A DNA stretch of 64,000 nucleotides, taken from NCBI GenBank assembly GCA_963825865.1, contig CAWGVG010000021.1, positions 128,001 to 192,000 of the forward strand, written 5' to 3'. Shown in pieces: positions 59,497-64,000 of this stretch. How positions within the stretch are numbered: position 1 is the stretch's first letter; the number at the start of each line of letters is the position of its first letter. Origin of the DNA: an uncultured Nitrososphaeraceae archaeon. Its GTDB lineage: Archaea; Thermoproteota; Nitrososphaeria; Nitrososphaerales; Nitrososphaeraceae. The translations under genes were made by a program, and so were the position numbers. The notes beneath the pieces are model-generated. The model was not told where the DNA came from and did no database searches. It was given only the letters and a program-made list of their open reading frames with translations.

Positions 59497-60774
59497 TAAT
59501 CAAGAATGCAAGCCTATTACTTGGAAAAGATTTAACCTTTGTTAACTCTGGGTTTATTGAAATTGGAAAAAATGGAATAATAAAGAAAGCAGGATCTGGA
59601 AGTCATTATAATAATATAGATGAAAATAATAGTGATAATGTAATAGATGCAGAAGGATTTCTAATAATTCCTGGATTCATCAATGCTCATACGCATGTAG
59701 GAGATTCAATTGGAAAAGATATCGCAGTTGATTCCGGACTTGAGGCAAGAGTCCACCCTGTTTTTGGAGCAAAAAAGAAGATTTTACAAAAAAGTAAACC
59801 AGATCACCTCAAGATATTCATGAGAAGTTCTGCGATATCTATGATGAAAAAAGGGATTGTTGCTTTTGCAGATTTTAGAGAAGGTGGTCCTGAGGGTGTA
59901 AAACTATTGAAGGATGCAATTTCCGATCTACCTATCAAGTGCATGATATTTGGTCGAGTTGAATATTATCTTGATCCCTCAAAAAAAGGAAGAGGAAGAA
60001 GAAGTAATATAGGAGAAATGAAAAATGGCAGAAAACTTCCGCCATACGCATTACAAATGGCTTCGGATGTTTTGAAAATTGCTGATGGATTGGGAATTAG
60101 CAGTGCAAATGAAAATACTACTGAATCACTTCAACAGTATCATAAATTATTGCATGAGAACAATAAGAATAAAACAAACAAGGAATTGCTAATAGCAATT
60201 CATGCCGCTGAGTCAAAAAATACTAATGAGTTTTCAAAATTAAAAACAGGTAAAACTGAAGTAGATATAATAATGCACTATTTGAAACCAGACATTATTG
60301 TTCATATGACCAATGCAACTGACAACGATATTTCCATGGTGGCAGAAAAAAGAACTGCAGTAATAGTCTGTCCAAGAGCAAATGGAATACTTGGTGCTGG
60401 TATTCCAAAAGTTGCAAAAATGTTAAAACGTGGATGTACTATTGGGATAGGAACAGATAATGTGATGTTGAATTCTCCTGACATTTTCCGGGAATTGGAC
60501 TATCTGTGGAAAGTATCAAGGGCAACAGAACCAGAATTGATTGATGCTAAAAACATACTAAAGATGGCAACAGTAAATGCGGCGAAAATTCTTAGGCTGA
60601 ATTCCGGGCTGTATAGAAGCTGGACGGTCAGCTGACCTGCTATTTATAGATAAAAACCACATTGATTTGTACCCGATCCATAATCCCTATGCTTCAGTAG
60701 TTCAAAGAGCAAACCAAGATTCAATCAGAGCTGTGATGATCAATGGAGAATTCATAGATGAAGCATTACTCTGA
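59487..60774 (+). CDS. Amidohydrolase-family metallohydrolase (frameshift near 60607)
   Basis: PGFINAHTH, IHAAE, VHMT, CPRAN, IGTDN. Confidence 0.9.
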
Positions 60775-61426
60775 TTTGCGAGTTACAATTAATACAGCAA
60801 TGACAATTGACGGCAAAATTGTGACTATCCATGGAGACTCTGCAATTTCTTCAAAACAGGATCTAAAAAGGATTCATAAATTGCGATCCTCGGTTGATGC
60901 AATTATTGTTGGAATATCGACTGTCATTGCAGATAATCCAAGGCTCACTGTAAGACTAGTTAAAAAGAAAAGAAAAGAAGATCCTGCCAGAATCATAATA
61001 GACAGCACAGGCAGAATACCACTTAGTTCGAAGCTTTTGCAAACTGCATATAAGATCAAAACGATAGTAGCAGTAACAAAACGTGCACCGGATTATAAAA
61101 TTCGCGAAATCAGGAATACTGGTGCAACAGTAATTATCGCAGGAACAAAAATAGTTGATCTGAAAGAATTATTTTTGAATCTGAAAGAGATTGGAGTTAG
61201 AAAAATTCTCGTTGAAGGTGGTGGAGAGTTGAATTGGTCTCTTCTTAGATTAGGAATTGTGGACGAATTAATTGTAACAATCGCACCAAGAATAGTAGGT
61301 GGTAGAACGGCAGCTACATTAGTAGAAGGTGAGGGATATACAAAAATTTCAAAAGGCATAAAAATGAAGTTAAAGAACGTGTTGAGGCAAAATGATGGTG
61401 AGATCGTTTTGTATTACAAAATCTAG
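60758..61426 (+). CDS. arfC: 2,5-diamino-6-ribosylamino-4(3H)-pyrimidinone 5'-phosphate reductase
   Basis: AMTIDGKI, DAIIVG..TVIADNPRLT, LVEGGG. Confidence 0.9.
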   Translation: MKHYSDLRVTINTAMTIDGKIVTIHGDSAISSKQDLKRIHKLRSSVDAIIVGISTVIADNPRLTVRLVKKKRKEDPARIIIDSTGRIPLSSKLLQTAYKIKTIVAVTKRAPDYKIREIRNTGATVIIAGTKIVDLKELFLNLKEIGVRKILVEGGGELNWSLLRLGIVDELIVTIAPRIVGGRTAATLVEGEGYTKISKGIKMKLKNVLRQNDGEIVLYYKI

Positions 61427-61690
61427 TCCTGTAGAATAGATTTTAAGTATGGGATCCTATCAAACACCCATATACTAACCAATGGTATTATTATTATTAC
61501 TTGACAAGAGGAAGAAAATGAAAAGCGATGGCAGATTACTACAGAACCAGAAGATTCAGATTGGATGTACCAAATATCTGTTAAGGAGTATAAAAGAATT
61601 GATTGTAGTGATGACATAAGATTAGAAGTCATCAGAAATAAGAGCAATAAAATTCCTGTAATGAATATAGTAACACTGCCAGGTAAATGA

Positions 61691-62663
61691 TCAAGAGTTC
61701 CCCGTAATCCCCTGCGCAACAAGTATTGAATAACAACCAAGACCGCACTCTTCACAAATTGGTTTTAACGCTTTACTGTCTGCACTTCCTATACAACATG
61801 GCTCGCTTTACTCTTCCCATATGATCTAGTGAAAGTATGGCCCATGAAGGACATTGTATTGGTGTTGTACCAACTCCTCCCCAATTGCCTTTCATCAACG
61901 ATAATTGCTTCTCGCTATTGATTACAAAATTTGGATATTTCTTTCTTAAAGAAACAAGATTATCAACCACTTCATTACGCCCTTTCCCAAATGGTATCCA
62001 TAATGGGTCACCTTTTATAAATGGTGTATGGAACTGAAATCCTATTTTGTTCACATGTCCTTTCCATTCTTCTACTAAATCTTCAATTGTATTATAATTT
62101 AAAGAATTAATTGTCATTGTAATCCAGATATCTTTCCAAGCAGGTTTGCCATGACGATCTGGACCTTTTGTATACTCGAAAATATTTTGCTTAGTTTTTG
62201 CATATGAACCTTCTCCTCTGATGCTATCATGTACTATTTCTGTACCATCTAAGGATATCCAGTAAAAATATAGATTTTCAAATCGGTTTAAAGGATATGT
62301 TCCATTTGTAACAACACATACTCTTCTGGGCATTTCTTCGCAGAAAACTTGAATTATGTCTGGCCGCATTGTTGGTTCGCCACCCACCAAAGTTACGATA
62401 TAGATCTGCTGTTTTTTGAAAGTCTTTTTAATAATTTCTCTCCATCCTTCTGCATCTAGATCTTTTTCTTCATTTTTTCTGTTCAACCACCAATAACAGT
62501 GAGTGCAATGTAAGTTGCAGACATTGTTAACATCTACAGATCCATATAGCGCTGGTTTTGCGTGTAAGAGTTTGATGCTAGTATATTTTTTAAATATACT
62601 AACAAAAAAAGGCATTTCGCGAATAAGATCCGTTATACCCCTACCGTAAACTAAGTCTGCCAT
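61691..62663 (-). CDS. Radical SAM protein (frameshift near 3' end)
   Basis: CNLHCTHC, GGEP, VTNGT, ISLDG; shifted frame adds PCCIG...CEECGLGC. Confidence 0.9.
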
Positions 62664-63022
62664 ATATAATAATGCTGTAAAACTTCTGGAGTAAATAAGT
62701 TTATAGAGGCTGCCACTTTAGGTATTTTTGTTATGTCATTCTACTATTATGGGTTATTAATCTCTTACTCATAAAAGACGTTAGTAGAGAATTTATGCAA
62801 AGTGGTAGTATAATTTGACTCAATATAATGTGCGTAGTAGGTAAATCGGAAAAGTGTATCCAAAATAAACATCATTTATGTGAATGCGATACAATAAGTT
62901 ATTAATGGTTCAAAAACAACAAAAATTTGTTCATGTCAATGTCATAACAATATTTATCAACTAATCCGAAGGATTCAGGCTGTAAATAGTCAGTAATAAT
63001 TCATATAATTATAATAGTATCA

Positions 63023-63532
63023 TTATTTCCTTGAAGACATATCTGCTGTTATTTGTTCAATCTTATAGCGCAATGCTTCCTTTACATTATTATTATCTAC
63101 CATATTAAGCGATCGTTTGCAATTTGGACATTTGAAAAATACTTCAACAGCAGAGTCGAATTTTACACGAGGACAATCCTTATTTCCACAGTGATAAAAC
63201 TCAGAAGACTCTTCATATTCTAACCGCTTTTGCAACCTATCGAGAATCTTTTTCTTTTGATTATCAATAAAATTATCAACCTGATCCTGTTTTGCACGCC
63301 ATCTATATACAAACCAGCCTTTCTTCTCATCTTTTACTCTTATACCGGTAATTAGAGCTTTGCCGAACATATCATAGAGAACTTTTCTTATGATGTTAAT
63401 TCTCAAACCAGTAGCACTGGCAATTTCTTCATCAGTTGCATCTTCAGCATTTAAAAGAGCTCGGGCAACCTTGAGATACTCTTCTCCTCCAATTAGACCT
63501 GCAATTTTAACGAAAGAATCTTCGTAACCCAA
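63023..63532 (-). CDS. tfe: Transcription factor E alpha (ORF open to 63607)
   Basis: TDEEIASATGLRINIIRKVLY, GWFVYRW, FYHC...FKCPNC. Confidence 0.95.
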   Translation of the reverse strand: MGYEDSFVKIAGLIGGEEYLKVARALLNAEDATDEEIASATGLRINIIRKVLYDMFGKALITGIRVKDEKKGWFVYRWRAKQDQVDNFIDNQKKKILDRLQKRLEYEESSEFYHCGNKDCPRVKFDSAVEVFFKCPNCKRSLNMVDNNNVKEALRYKIEQITADMSSRK

Positions 63533-64000
63533 CTGAGCGCATCTAATTGATTGAATCACCATTTTTAGATATATAGTTTTGTTATAGTTGCTATAAATTG
63601 ACAGCATCTGAATAGCAAACTTGACAATATGAGAATATGAAGAACATTTAAGTAAGTTCTGTTGATTCTTCAGGTGTTTGAAGCCGTTGTTGGAGAACGT
63701 TGGCAGTAAAGGAATTTCCCTATCTTTACCATTAGTTGACAGAAATAGCTTGTTCTTCCTTAGTATTAAAATGCAAGTGATAATACTCCTTTAATTGTTA
63801 TTAAGAGTTAGAAAACGCTTTATTGCATACCAGAATTTACACATTTGTATCTCGGATTGTCTGAGGATGATTATGTGAACTGATTTCTTCAGGCGGATAA
63901 TCTTCCAGAAGGAGTTGAAACGTCAGGCAGATCTATATAAGCAGCAGAATTACTTTACAGAAGAAGGATAGGACTAATCCCAAATGTACAGGAAGTTTAT

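Noticed and set aside
63580-64000. Possible gene at the window end
   Set aside because: No long open frame; at most a degraded fragment I cannot identify

Overview
AT-rich archaeal chromosome segment. Gene content and order (cobS-cbiB-short cobQ-cobD, asd, ctaB, nep1, rnp4-rps19e-PDCD5, a riboflavin cluster with GTP cyclohydrolase III, TFE) and poly-N/S/Q-rich accessory genes point to a soil ammonia-oxidising Nitrososphaeraceae (inference). The backbone is interrupted by four islands, each starting with an inward-pointing, broken tyrosine recombinase: (1) ~3.95-15.9 kb, plasmid/provirus-like, with an RHH gene, an MCM, two SSB-like genes and a tandem hairpin repeat; (2) ~31.6-41.9 kb; (3) 43625-47720, bounded by ~170-bp inverted repeats and an 8-bp direct repeat; (4) 51148-56820, bounded by ~66-bp direct repeats. 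There are also at least 7 IS copies or remnants (IS5-like, IS481, other DDE, IS200/IS605 TnpB), several with clear TIRs and TSDs. Many conserved genes carry single-base frameshifts, probably long-read indel errors, so pseudogene calls are tentative. No rRNA, tRNA or CRISPR array was recognised. All calls are by eye; no searches were run.
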